A stretch of 63,726 bases of DNA, filler included, from Chiloscyllium plagiosum (lineage: Eukaryota), in assembly GCF_004010195.1 (NCBI RefSeq). It is 17 parts of 17 records of this genome, joined end to end, with 100 filler letters (N's around TTAATTAATTAA, not from the genome) between each part and the next. Parts side by side here need not be neighbours in the genome. Positions count along the whole stretch, not along the records: positions 1 to 10,199 come from NW_025213736.1; positions 10,300 to 11,539 come from NW_025140779.1; positions 11,640 to 12,816 come from NW_025134901.1; 14 more parts are not named here. One strand, written 5' to 3'. Under the pieces are notes generated by a model. It saw only the letters and a list, made by a program, of their open reading frames with translations. It was not told the origin of the DNA and made no database searches. This document shows, piece by piece, positions 1-12,150 of the stretch; positions within the stretch are counted from its first letter, which is position 1; each line of letters begins with the position of its first letter. The position numbers were made by a program, and so were the translations under genes.

Positions 1-1864
1 GTTTATGCTTAATAAATGTTAGCATGCAATGTTGTGTTTTGATGGATGATTATATTTATATGACGATGTCTGCTTGTGTGGCAATCTTTCCCAAACCATC
101 TCCTGATAAGCTTGTTTGTGCTATTGTTTGTGGATGCTTGCTGATCCTTGTGCCCATTATCCTTATTTAATAAACGCCCCTCTATTTGTTGATCTATGCA
201 CTTGTGTGTCTGCATGTGAGACTCTGAATTTGTATGTACGTGTGACATTGTATATATGCTGATCAACGTGGTTTAAAAATAACTAATTGAGCTGCCTCTG
301 TCATCGTATGTTTGTGATTCTGAAAATGGGAAAATAATGATATTAATATTTATCTCTATGCACATACGTACCTCTGTGAGTTGACATGTGGGAGGACATT
401 TTTCAGAATTTGTATCCGTGTGTTCATGTGTGTAGGTCTGTACGCATTGTGCTACATGAATGTATATGTATTCATGCCCATTTGTGTGTTACCGTGTGTC
501 TCTGTTTCTCATGGTTATGTGTGAGTACCCCTGTTCATTTGTGCAAATGATTTTCTTTCAGTGTTTGTGAGTTTTTGTATGAGATTAGGTCAGTGTTCAA
601 GTACCCCTTGCATGTGTGGCTCTGTGCGAGTATGTGTGTACGACGTCTTATCTATATGCACATTTGAGTGCACACATAAATATGTGCCTTTAGGTGAGAG
701 CCCGTATATGCGTCATTACGTGTGTATTTGCGATCATCTCTCTGTATCTGTTCTTATACCAGACTGCAATTTTTATTACTCTAATTTATTGTTCTAAGTT
801 TAATGGATTGTCCATAATTAGATTTGACCTTGGTGTTGTAGGAAACATTTCCCATCCTCGTGGAGATATAAGCGTTTTATGAGCAACTCTTCTGTTGCAG
901 TGATAGAATTTCTGTCTCTGAGAGAAAAGGTATGAGTTCAAATCCCCACTGATAACATTTCTGAATATGTTTATTAGAAAATGTCTACTTCTGTTCTGTG
1001 TGTGAAACAAAATGATATCAGGTATTCGAAAACCAGAATTGATCCCATCTGCTCCAGAAAACTGAGACAAAACTATGGAATTCAAACTGAGACGATGCAA
1101 ACACCAGTTTTGGATTTTGGACAATGTTAATCATTTGTGAACAGAGCCAAGCGTGTCCAACATGCTTCAAAGGTATTATTTTGCATGGAAATGTTAAATC
1201 TTTGGACAGTAAGCAAGAAGCTGACTGTTCCTGTTAGTAACTCGTTACATTACAGAGGACATCTACCATGAAAACTCTGCACAGGGAGCAAGAGGACAGA
1301 CCATTCATCGTTCCTCTACCCTCTGCTCCACGATAACTTATATGTCCATTCTCTTTGGTGTGAAAGTGAAGATACATTCTGTCAACTCATGCGCTGGTGC
1401 AGGATCCCTGGCAGTTCCCCAGCAACAAAGGTTACATTCAAACTGTTCTGCACTCTTTACGATTGGTATGTTCCAATCAAATTTAATTTTAATGTGTCTT
1501 AAATTTACATTTTCAATTGGTGCAATGTGGCAGTTTAAAACTGACATGAATTTTGTAAGAATGTCCAATCGGGGGAATCAAGAACATCAAGTTCAAAACT
1601 CGTGGTCTACCCTTGTCATCAAATGGACATTGCAAGATTTTGTCACAGAGGGATTTAGGATGGATAAGGTACTTGGCGAAATCCTGCAATGAGTGAGCTT
1701 TACTCTGTCTCTGACCCAGGGTGTATCTGAGCAGAGGACATTAACTGCACAAGACACTCGTCCTAGACCAGTTAATAATCCACTTTAACTACTCAGGTGG
1801 AATGTAAGTCAGAGTGAGAAACAATTAATTCAATATTTAACTCACAACTAGAGGGAAAGAAACT

Positions 1865-1870
1865 TTTATT
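1865..1870 (-). promoter_or_regulatory. Candidate poly(A) signal of secretory IgM
   Basis: AATAAA on the minus strand about 40 bp after the stop; a second AATAAA overlaps the stop codon (1906-1911). Confidence 0.55.
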
Positions 1871-1906
1871 ACTTCTGTTGAATTATTAAATGCAACTTTG
1901 AGATTT

Positions 1907-2298
1907 TTATTGACATGAATTAACCGTGTCCATCAGTGCAAGTGAAATGTTTATGAAACTCGGTTTACCGCTGGATTTATCGACTGTTCTGTTGATGATC
2001 TTCAATGGAATCGCTTCATGTCCCACCACACAGGAGTAAGAAGCACCGCTGGCCCACTCCTCCGCTGTAATAGATAACAGGCTGTACATGAAGAAGGAGG
2101 TGTTGTCACTCTCCGCCATCACCTCGGTGTTCTTGTAGTTACTGGGATTCACCGGCTTGTCATTGTTTGTCCACTTGACGAAGATCTCTCGGGGGTAGAA
2201 ACCTCTCACTAAACAGGTGAGGGAGAGAAACCTCTGAGCGGAGATTTCTGCTCTTGGTGGCAGGTGGACCGACACTGATGGCTCCAGCGAATTAATCA
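1907..2298 (-). CDS. IGHM: IgM CH4 exon with secretory tail (cluster A)
   Basis: CTGCAG| acceptor; [19 protein letters not shown]...[23 protein letters not shown], then tail [20 protein letters not shown] with an N-glycosylation site and a penultimate Cys. Internal donor G|GTAAA at 1968 for the membrane form. Confidence 0.95.
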
Positions 2299-2752
2299 CT
2301 GCAGAATATTTGAGACAGATATAAATCATCCAAAAAATCCTGAACCAATATCACAATTTCACTAAATATGAAGATAAGTCATTTTTAATTTGGGATTTAT
2401 TCACTTTCATTTTCTAAAGGAGCAGTATGGTACACATTCTGTTCAGTAAAAAAAGGAAAGTTTAATGTGAAAGTTGCCTCCATGTTTCCAGCCCAAAAAA
2501 AGGGCATTCTGTCCAACTGTCATTGCTGATGGTGACATCACAACCCAGGCTTCTTCCCACCATATCTGACTTAATAAGAATAGAATATCCTTTGGCTCAT
2601 CTTTTTCTTAAGCAGCTACTTAGCTATCCTGCCATCAGATGCATCATTAATGCTCTCAACGGTATTTGTTCATTACCAATCAAAGCCTGCCATTGATGTA
2701 ACTGGATCTGGATTGCAAATGGGATGCTTTGTGTTTTAATCTCACCGCTCAC

Positions 2753-3058
2753 CTTTCTCCTTGTGGATGGAATCTCTCAGTGGAGTCGGTAGATTCTGAT
2801 GGTACACCACACATTCAAAAGTAATGCCACTCAGCCAGGCTTCAGTAGAAATGTCTAATTTGCTGATCACGCTGTCGGGATTCTGTCCAGGCTGCTCAGC
2901 AATCTCTGATTTCAGAGGCTTCTTTTCTTGTTTCCAGGTCACATTGACTCCAGAAGGAAGATTGGACACAACGCAGGTTAACGTCACCGTCGCCTCCAGT
3001 AAGACTTGTTCTACTGGCGGTGGGAGGATTTTAACGGTGTTAGGGTGGCACTCGGTAT
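2753..3058 (-). CDS. IGHM: IgM CH3 exon (cluster A)
   Basis: [35 protein letters not shown]...W...[22 protein letters not shown]; donor AAAG|GTGAG. The acceptor reads CATGGAAG| (the proximal TAG of the paralogs is lost). Confidence 0.93.
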
Positions 3059-5645
3059 CTTCCATGAAACAAAAATCAAAGTCAATGAAAAATGCCCCTT
3101 TATGATANNNNNNNNNNNNNNNNNNNNNNNNNNNNNNNNNNNNNNNNNNNNNNNNNNNNNNNNNNNNNNNNNNNNNNNNNNNNNNNNNNNNNNNNNNNNN
3201 NNNNNNNNNNNNNNNNNNNNNNNNNNNNNNNNNNNNNNNNNNNNNNNNNNNNNNNNNNNNNNNNNNNNNNNNNNNNNNNNNNNNNNNNNNNNNNNNNNNN
3301 NNNNNNNNNNNNNNNNNNNNNNNNNNNNNNNNNNNNNNNNNNNNNNNNNNNNNNNNNNNNNNNNNNNNNNNNNNNNNNNNNNNNNNNNNNNNNNNNNNNN
3401 NNNNNNNNNNNNNNNNNNNNNNNNNNNNNNNNNNNNNNNNNNNNNNNNNNNNNNNNNNNNNNNNNNNNNNNNNNNNNNNNNNNNNNNNNNNNNNNNNNNN
3501 NNNNNNNNNNNNNNNNNNNNNNNNNNNNNNNNNNNNNNNNNNNNNNNNNNNNNNNNNNNNNNNNNNNNNNNNNNNNNNNNNNNNNNNNNNNNNNNNNNNN
3601 NNNNNNNNNNNNNNNNNNNNNNNNNNNNNNNNNNNNNNNNNNNNNNNNNNNNNNNNNNNNNNNNNNNNNNNNNNNNNNNNNNNNNNNNNNNNNNNNNNNN
3701 NNNNNNNNNNNNNNNNNNNNNNNNNNNNNNNNNNNNNNNNATCTTCAGATTACTCCTTCACAGGGTGAAGACACCACCTTCAAAATGGCAAATCCAACTA
3801 TTGCTGAAACGATGCTTACTATTGTTGATGTATTTTGATCTGTGAAAGCATTTGTGATTACTTATAACATACCCTGTGTAATTATTCCGAAAGAACACTG
3901 GCTTTGTAACATGTGAAACCTGTGAAAAAAGTAAAATAATCGAAGATAACATCATGTAATCCATGGAATTACCTTTCTTTCGGAGTTTGTCTCTCACTTA
4001 AGACCATCTATTGATACTTGTGACAAGAGTAATCTGAATATAATGAGTTCATTTCCATGTTCATAACTCTTAGGTGCAAGTGCTGCTGGTCACGCTGACA
4101 GCCAAATCACATCCCAAATTTTGGACAAATTATAGTAAATAATAACTATTCTCTTTGCAGAGTTCTAAAATGTTACATGAGCGGTGAACATCCATGGAAA
4201 TTCTGTTCATTATATTCAACATGATCAAAAATACTTTGCGTTATTGGTGTGATGTCATTCTCTAAATTATGTCATTGTTCCTCATGGGCTGTGTTTGGAG
4301 TAGATCTGAAAACAAGACATTGAGTACAGCATTGGATATCGAGAAGGACACCCATCTCCTTAAGTCTTTCCCTCCATTCAGTTAGTTCATAACTGGTCTG
4401 TACTTTCACTTTATTTACCAAGCTGCATTTTTTAATTTCTTCATCGGCCAGGGGAGAAAAAAAACAAACAAAAGCGTCTTAAATTAATCTAAAAACGCGA
4501 TGGAAATGTCACTAATTTTATAGACATCCACTACTCACTGTGTAAATATCGCCACCCCAAACCAGGCTAAATCAGTCTATCTCGAGTTCCTCGTTCATTC
4601 ATCCCTATTGTAGCATTCCCACCAGAACTTTTTCTCCTGCCTCATCCACTAATTACAGAGAGCATCTTAAAGAAGCTCAGTGAGATCACGTGTATCCCAG
4701 TTCATCCAATGTGATAACCACGTGGTCTGTGGTCTGTTCCCATAAGTTAAAGAGCTCAGTACCCGATAAAAATCGATGTCCTACAATGTACAAGGTCCAC
4801 AGGTCATTCCTGAGCAGGGAATGAAGCATTGAACGCATTGTGATTTATTTTCAAGTATGGGTCACTGCATATTTTAACCACGTCATTTTGAGACCACAAC
4901 ATCATAAGATAGAGGATCAGAATAAGGCTGTTCGGCCAATCCAGAGTTTAGATCAGAATGATGCTGGAAAAGCACAGCAGGTCAGGCAGCATCCGACGAG
5001 CAGGAAAATCGACGTTTCGGGCTAGAGCCATTCTTCTGCCTTCTCCCTGTACTAAACAAGAGCCGATCTATCTCTGGCTTGAATACACACAATGGCCAGG
5101 CATCCACAGCTCTCTGCAGCAACAATTTTCACAGACTCATCACCCTCTGGCTGAAGAAATTCTTCCCCATCTCAGTTCTAAATGGTGCCCCTTTGACCCT
5201 GAGACTGTGCTCTTGGGTCCTAGTCTCGCCTACCAGTCGAAACATCTATTCCAGGTTCACTCGACCTCAGTCTCTCAGTATTTTCTATGTTTCAATGAGA
5301 TATCTATCCAATATCCCCCTTCACCCCCAAACTTATCCTTGAAGCGGCTACCAGGCAAGGATTCAGCACTCTGAATGCCTCTCCCAGCATGGTCAGGCAA
5401 CAAACTATTTAACAAAGCTCACCATCTATATGTCTATCTTCAACAGAGAGGAAACATGCTTTTCTGACTTGCCAAAATCAGAATTATGAGCAATGCTAAT
5501 GTAACACACAAACTGAAATGAGATACGTGGCATGTTGGGAAATGAGAAGCTGTACCGTGCTGTTTACTAAGCCTGATAAATTAGTGTGTTTGATCCACAT
5601 CAGAGTTCAGAATGATTTGTAGCTCTCTCAGTATGTGTCTCTTAA

Positions 5646-5947
5646 CCTGGAGTGCGGTGATGTTTTTACTTTGAGTCTTCTCTCCATGAGTGACCTGGCA
5701 GGTATAGACTGCGCTGTTGAACCATTCACCATAAGGGACCATCAGCCGACTCATCACCGAGAAGTTCCCGTTCGCCTCACACACGGAAGACGTGAAGAAG
5801 CCAGAATCCAAGGGTCGGCCATTTTTCAACCAAATCACGGAGATTGACTTCGGATGGAAATCGATGATTGAACAGACGACGGTTGCAAACTTGCTGCTTG
5901 CGATTTCTTCACTGGAGCTCACAGTTAGGAGAAGGGTTGGTGGGAGA
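5646..5947 (-). CDS. IGHM: IgM CH2 exon (cluster A); 5' end in gap, phase-1 donor reads TT instead of GT
   Basis: [15 protein letters not shown]...[23 protein letters not shown]...YTCQVTH...KNITALQ. The 3' junction is CAGG|TTAAG, versus CAGG|GTAAG in the paralog ending at 26207. Confidence 0.9.
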
Positions 5948-6369
5948 NNNNNNNNNNNNNNNNNNNNNNNNNNNNNNNNNNNNNNNNNNNNNNNNNNNNN
6001 NNNNNNNNNNNNNNNNNNNNNNNNNNNNNNNNNNNNNNNNNNNNNNNNNNNNNNNNNNNNNNNNNNNNNNNNNNNNNNNNNNNNNNNNNNNNNNNNNNNN
6101 NNNNNNNNNNNNNNNNNNNNNNNNNNNNNNNNNNNNNNNNNNNNNNNNNNNNNNNNNNTAGGTCCAAAAGACCAAGTGCAAATACATGGGCAAATTTCAG
6201 AGACATGGAAATTAAATAGGGGAATGAGAAAAGAGGTTTTTAACTTCCTCAGCATAGGCTTGGATATTCATTTTGTCAAAAATTTAGAGGGAGCACAATT
6301 CTGAAATTGCCCCCAGGAGAATATTTTAACAAAGTATGTGTTTAGTACTGAGAATTTTAATCCAGACTT

Positions 6370-8690
6370 TGCAAGAGAGGGGTGAACCTTAGGGAATGAA
6401 GTCGACCCAGTGGGTAAAACAGCAATGGTGGAGCACTTTGCAGACAGTGATCGTAAATCAGTTGGATTTCAGATTGTACTGCAAAGGAATTGAAATTGGC
6501 CCAAAGTTCTGAAAAGGGGAAGGACAATTATAGTAAGATCAGGTAATGACTTGACCAGAGTGGACTGGAAGCTGACACTTACTGGAAAATCTAAGTCAGA
6601 GCAGTGCGACACATTTAAGAAAGAGATAGGAAAATCGCAGGGAGGACATTTCCCTGGAAGCCACTGCGTGGGACCAAGACTGCAGCGGGCTCTGGACACC
6701 AAAGGGCATGGAGGGTGAGATAAAGAGAAACAAGGGAGGCTTCCGGTCTATACTGAAACCTCAAAAAAATAGAAATTAGTATGGAGTACAGAACATGCAA
6801 GGGGGAGTTTGAAAGACAAAGGAATTAGAAGAGCAAAAGGGACCATGAGAAAATAATAGCAGTCAAAAAAAAGGAAAATATTTTTAAAAGTTACAGGCTC
6901 ATTCATTATAAAAGAATTATTCGGGAAACAGTAATGCCCTTTACGTGTTATTATTGGAGTGGAGCCGGAGAATTAGATTGTGGTCAAAACGAATGTGTTG
7001 TGTCAGGATCTTGCCTGGGTTGGAGGGTTTTAGTTATGAGACTAGATTAGATAGACATGGGTTTTCCTTGGAGCAGAGGAGAAGGAGGATTTGGTTGTGG
7101 TCAAAACTAATGTGTTGTGACAGTGTTCACTAGTAAGAGGGACAGTGTGGGGACAGAAATCATGGAGGGGTGTTGTGATGTACTTTCTGAAATTAGGACA
7201 CATGACGTGATGTTCTGTGTTGTCTTGCTGAATGAAAAGTGGTTATATTTCCAGGGCAGATGAAAAGTATACCAAGCGGTTGAGCGATGCAAAAGATGAA
7301 ATAGTTGTGTCGCTGACAATAATTTAGAATTACTGTCTGGCCACAACACTTGTGCCAAGTGAGTGTAGATCAGCCAACGCTGCACTGTTATGCAGGACGA
7401 AGGAAGGGATAAATAATGAAAACATAGATCTGTCAAGCTCGTCTCAGTGGTAGGGAAACTATTGAGAAGTGAAATTAGTCTTCATTTGGAAGATAAATCA
7501 ACAATTTTCAGCACGGTTTTATTGAGAGGAAGTCATGTGCAACAATTTGATAGTAGTTTTCAGAGAGATAACTCGATGCCTAGATGATAGCAATAATCAG
7601 AGCCAATGGGATCCGAGTTAATTTGACAGATTGGATCTCGAACTGGCTGAGTGGTGGGAGCAGAAGATAATAGTCATTGGGTGTCTGCGTGACTGGAAAT
7701 CTATGTCTCCTGGTATTCTGTAGGGATTGGTGTTGATTTCCTTGCTATTTCTCTTGCATACCAATGATTGAGATTCAAATTTAGAAGGAGTAACCAGTGA
7801 ATTCACAGATGAAATGAAAACTGTCATGTTAGTAAGTCATGAGTTTCATGGCTTTAGATTTCAGGAGGATATACAAGGGTTGGTTGTATGTGAAGAGAAG
7901 TTGCAAATGGAAATTATTCTGGATAAATGTAAGGTGATGTAATTCGGCAGAAGAATTTGTGAGGTATGACGTTTTAAATGGTGTAACCCTGGAAAGGCCT
8001 GAGGATCTTTGGTGCATGTTCCCACCGATCCCCTGTAGTACTGTGTCATCTGGATAAAGAGGCTAAGAAAGTGGTAGGATATTTGCTTTTATTAGCCTCG
8101 ACATTGACAATGAAGAGTAGGGAGATGATACTGGAACTTAATAGAACACTGGTTAGGCCATACTGAAGCGTTTTGTGCATGTTATCGAAGGAATGTGATT
8201 ACACTGAAGGCAGTATTGATGAGATTTGCCAGGATCTTGCCTGGGTTGGAGGGTTTTAGTTATGAAACTAGATTAGATAGAGAGGGGTTTTCCTTGGAGC
8301 AGAGGAGAATTAAGGAGAAGATTATCATGATGTCTAGAATTATTTTAGGCATAGACAGGGTAAACTGGATGAAACCTTTCCCCTTGATGGAGAGATCAAT
8401 GCTTCAGGGGCACAGGGTGAAGGTAAGGCCAGGAGGTTCCAAGTGGATCTCAGGAGAAAACAAAATCAAACAGAGGGTGGTGTTAGCCTGGACCTCAGTA
8501 CCTATAAGTCATGAAGAGACTGAGCCCCTCATAATAAGTATGAAGTTTTGAGATGCATCCTTGCAAAGTCAAGTCATACAAGGCAATGGATCATGTGCTG
8601 GCAAATGAGACTGGAATAGTTAGGTGGCTGTTATTGATAGACGTGAACTGGATGGATCAAAGGGCTTTTTTCCTGTGCTGTATAAGGTGA
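6370..8690 (+). mobile_element. Decayed CR1-type LINE fragments in the CH1-CH2 intron
   Basis: RT remnants (DWISNWLSGGSR...GLVLISLLFLLHTND) and CR1 C-terminal text (ARILPGLEGFSYETRLDREGFSLEQRR); many stops. Confidence 0.75.
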
Positions 8691-8888
8691 TTCTGTGAAA
8701 ACGGTTATAAATAATACCTTATTCATGTTAATCACAGATGATATGTTTATCTCAGTTCCCACGTACCTGGACATGCCATTTCTTTGCTCTTGTGTGACCC
8801 GCTGTGTTGAACCTCACAGTAGATTACATAATGCCTTCTTCATGTTAATCACAGATGCTCTGTTTATCTCAGTTCCTACAACACTTAC

Positions 8889-9194
8889 CTGGACATGGCA
8901 TTACTTTGCTGTTGTGTGACCCGCTGTGTTGAACCTCACAGTAGATTTTGCTGGGGCAAACTACCGCTGACTCGGGCAGGGTTAACTGGCTGCTCAGGGT
9001 GTAGGTTCCCTTCTTGTTTCTCACTGATGGGTAAGTCTTCAATCCAGTAGTGATTAGCTCCCCTCCTTTCTTCCAGGTTACCTTGGTGACGTCAGGGGAA
9101 TAGTCCATCGCCAAACAACCAAAGATTGCAGAACCGGTGTTGTGCTCCTGACAGGAGGAGACCAGGCCATAAAGCGTGGGGGGAGATGGTGACT
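8889..9194 (-). CDS. IGHM: IgM heavy chain CH1 exon (cluster A)
   Basis: TTGCAG| acceptor and CCAG|GTAAGT donor, phase 1, 306 bp. Encodes [18 protein letters not shown]...[10 protein letters not shown]...VTWKK...YTLSSQL...KIYCEVQH, which matches shark Cmu1. Confidence 0.93.
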
Positions 9195-9524
9195 CTGCAA
9201 TAGAATGACCAATTGAGCATGTTAGTTTCTGTTCATTTCACCTTATCAGTTACTCAAATGTATCCTCAACTGTAAATGTTTGCCAGTATGCTCCCGCTGA
9301 GTCTACAGCATAACTAGGGTTTGTTTTTGGTTCCTACCAGTTGCTGATCATGATCATTGGTTCCGTCTTTAGAAACATGCCCTCGATCTTGACCATTGCC
9401 ATATAATTGAGGAAGAAGAACATCCTGATCCCACCCCAGTAGATCTCACCAACTGACACTTTCATTGGATTGCTGTGAAGAGCAGAGAAGTTTCACAAAA
9501 TACATACCAAGGAAATGCCGATTC

Positions 9525-9846
9525 ATCGAAATTCTACAGTGTGTGCAAACAGGCCATTTGGCCCAACAAGTCCACACCCACCCTCTGAAAAATAACGCAT
9601 CCAGACCCATTCCCCTACCCTACAATGCTACAGTTAACCCTGACTAATGCACCTAACCTCCCAATCACTGAACACAACATTTGCAATTGCCCCAGCTTGC
9701 ACATCTTTGGACTGTGGGAGGAAACACACACAGACATGGGGAGAAAGTGCCAACTCCAAACAGACAGTCACCCGCGGCTGGAATGGAACCCGAGTCCCTA
9801 GCACTGTGAGGCAGCAGCGCTAACCACGGAACCAGCGTGCTGCCCC
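9525..9846 (-). mobile_element. tRNA-derived V-SINE (HE1-like) upstream of CH1
   Basis: A/B-box head and V-domain core GTCTGTTTGGAGTTGGCAC...TTTCCTCCCACAGTCCAAAGATGTGC. The same insertion is present in the paralogs at 21146 and 22061. Confidence 0.8.
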
Positions 9847-10199
9847 ACTAGCTACCGTGCTGCTGGGAATACCCAACAGCTGGCAGTAACCCCGGAGAGA
9901 AATCAGAGTGAATCATAGAACATAGATCATTACAGCGCAGTACAGGCCCTTCGGCTCTCGATGTTGCGCTGCCCTGTCATATTAATCTGAAGCCCATCCC
10001 ACCTAAGCTATTCCATGTACGTCCACATGCCTGTCCAATGACGATTTAAATGTACTTAAACTTGGCGAATCTACTACCGTTGTGCGCTGCCCTGTCATAT
10101 TAATCTGAAGCCCATCCCACCTAAGCTATTCCATGTACGTCCACATGCCTGTCCAATGACGATTTAAATGTACTTAAACTTGGCGAATCTACTACCGTT

Positions 10200-10299
10200 N
10201 NNNNNNNNNNNNNNNNNNNNNNNNNNNNNNNNNNNNNNNNNNNTTAATTAATTAANNNNNNNNNNNNNNNNNNNNNNNNNNNNNNNNNNNNNNNNNNNN
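10200..10299. other. Synthetic contig linker (44N-TTAATTAATTAA-44N), first of 16
   Basis: An identical 100-bp spacer with stops in all six frames also occurs at 11540-11639, 12817-12916, 14291-14390, 17745-17844, 21961-22060, 29153-29252, 32637-32736, 34110-34209, 40052-40151, 41918-42017, 46345-46444, 47643-47742, 55320-55419, 56449-56548 and 62183-62282. Several cut exons mid-domain. Plain N gaps: 3108-3740, 5948-6158, 30586-31036, 43626-43790. Confidence 0.97.
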
Positions 10300-11000
10300 T
10301 CCTTCATTACAACAGTGACCACATTTCAAACATGTCTGTCTGCAAATGTCTTTGGGACAGTACGAATCTTTCTTTTCTTTGGATGAACTGGGAGTCTTTC
10401 AGATGTGAAAGATGCCATTCCAATATTGCACAGCCCTCCTCCACAACTACAGTTTCTGCTTTGTCCCTCTCTTTTGTGAAAACAGACTGGAAGTTTTCAT
10501 AAGGAACCATTGTTCCATCTCCCACCACCGCACACAAGTTCCCTTCCTGCTCTCGAATGGGCCTCATAAATTCCTTCATTCTCTTGTTGTTTCTGTGATT
10601 ATAAACATCACTGGGATTTCCCTGACTTCATTTGGACACATTTCATCCTGTCAGCTCTGTGCTTTCCTCAGGTCCTGGTTAATTTCCCCCTGCATTTTGT
10701 CTTTCAGCCACTTTTACCCAATCCCTGCCCAGTTTAGTAAAATGGTTTTGTTCCCAAATGAAAATTTTCCACTTGCTCCATGATTCTCCATTTCCATCCC
10801 TACTCTCAATCTCACTGAGTTCTGATCACTGTCACTCAAATGCTCCCCCATTGAGAGCTCTTCCAGCTGCCCACATTCATTCCCAAAAGAATGATCCAAA
10901 ACTGTCCCTTCTTTTTCACCATCACCCTCTCAAGGGCAATTAGGGATGGGCAATAAATGCTCGCCCTGCCAGTGACACTCACATCCCAAGAGCAATTTTA
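10300..11000 (-). mobile_element. CR1 LINE fragment and adjacent repeat tail upstream of C-kappa
   Basis: Endonuclease-end motif EHLSDSDQNSVRL and NFQSVFTKE. Corresponding copies lie at about 29460-30170, 56295-56448 and 62700-63390. Confidence 0.7.
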
Positions 11001-11132
11001 AAAGGCCCTGTCCTTTTATGGGGTTTGTTAGGTATTGAATACAAATGTTCAAATGGATTGTTTGCCAGTGAATGTTCAGAGTTGAAATCCCTTTGAATGG
11101 CAGGGATTAAAATTGTTTGTCTTGTCTTTCAG

Positions 11133-11460
11133 GCCGTGAAAACTCTCAGCCCAAGCTGACCCTGCTGCCCCCCTCCCCGGAGCAGTTCAATGCCAAGGGC
11201 ACTGCCACCCTGGTGTGCCTTGCCAATCACTTCTATCCCGATGAGCTGGAGGTGCAGTGGAAGAAGGATGGTGCAGTCATTTCGGACGGGGTTCAGACCA
11301 GCAACTACCTGCGAGCTTCAGACAGCACCGACAGTGTCAGCAGCCTGCTGACCCTCTCTGGGTCTGACTGGGAGTCCAACGCTCGCTTCTCCTGTGCCCT
11401 CTCCCCGTGACCCTCCCCTCTCCCCTCAGCAAGAGCATCAGGAGATCAGAATGTGTGTAG
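11133..11460 (+). pseudogene. IGKC: Ig kappa (type III/NS4-like) constant exon, frameshifted
   Basis: TTTCAG| RENSQPKLTLLPPSP...ATLVCLANHFYPDELEVQW...FSCAL. A 1-nt deletion gives TGA at 11408-11410; the normal ECV* end at 11449-11460 is out of frame; Y>D in STDSVSS. Confidence 0.88.
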
Positions 11461-11659
11461 AGTGTTTGAGATAGTCCACAGAGGAGACACAACTTTAAAT
11501 AGAACAGGCTGAGCTGGCAGGACAAAGGTCATTGTCAGCNNNNNNNNNNNNNNNNNNNNNNNNNNNNNNNNNNNNNNNNNNNNTTAATTAATTAANNNNN
11601 NNNNNNNNNNNNNNNNNNNNNNNNNNNNNNNNNNNNNNNTGTTCAGGTCAATGATTGTC

Positions 11660-12150
11660 TGAGACAGAGAGAAAGAGAGAGAGAGGGGCGCATGTTGTGA
11701 GTTTGAGATAGTGAGAGAGGGAGGCATTTAACTGCTATCTCAGGACTCAGTGTTGCAGTACTATAGAGATCAGATCAAGAGTGACAGAGAAGGAGAGAGG
11801 GAGGCAGACAGAGAGACTGAGACAGTGAGAAACTGGAAACTCAGAGTACAGGGAAAAAAGGAGTGAGCAAACAGATCAAGAAAAGGGGGAGGGATAGGAA
11901 AAGATGCTAAGAAAGAGAGAGGGGGGCAGACAGACAGTGACCAACCAACATTGAGGGAGAAGGAGAGAGAGAGTGGCATCAAGACATGGAGAAAAAGAGA
12001 CAGAGATGTGAAGTGACAATGTAACTGGGAGAGGACAGAGAGGGAAATGGAGAAAGAAAATGAAGCAATGAGTCAGTGTAAGACAGGCATAGATATAAAT
12101 GGAAAGAGAGAGAATGAGTGCAAGATGTGAAATGGAAAACAGAGGGAAGA
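11660..12150 (+). repeat. GA-rich low-complexity tract upstream of V-kappa
   Basis: Degenerate (GA)n/GAGACA purine-rich sequence. Confidence 0.7.

Noticed and set aside
1-1860. IgM transmembrane exons
   Set aside because: No TM exon was recognised on the minus strand. It may lie beyond the window, so absence is uninformative; the hydrophobic ORFs here come from GT-rich low-complexity DNA.
2824-3105. Conserved antisense ORFs over CH3 (also at 13665, 28114 and 40662)
   Set aside because: These are shadows of the duplicated exon, with no independent coding signal.
3006-3845. Long ORFs here and at 5581-6304, 30283-31101 and 43519-43928
   Set aside because: Their length comes from runs of N; only the exon parts are real.
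9965-10199. Perfect tandem duplication with a 118-bp period
   Set aside because: Identical copies ending exactly at a contig end inside a repeat; most likely an assembly echo.
11660-12150. Class-switch-like region
   Set aside because: It is a simple GA-rich tract upstream of a light-chain V, with no AGCT-rich repeat units.
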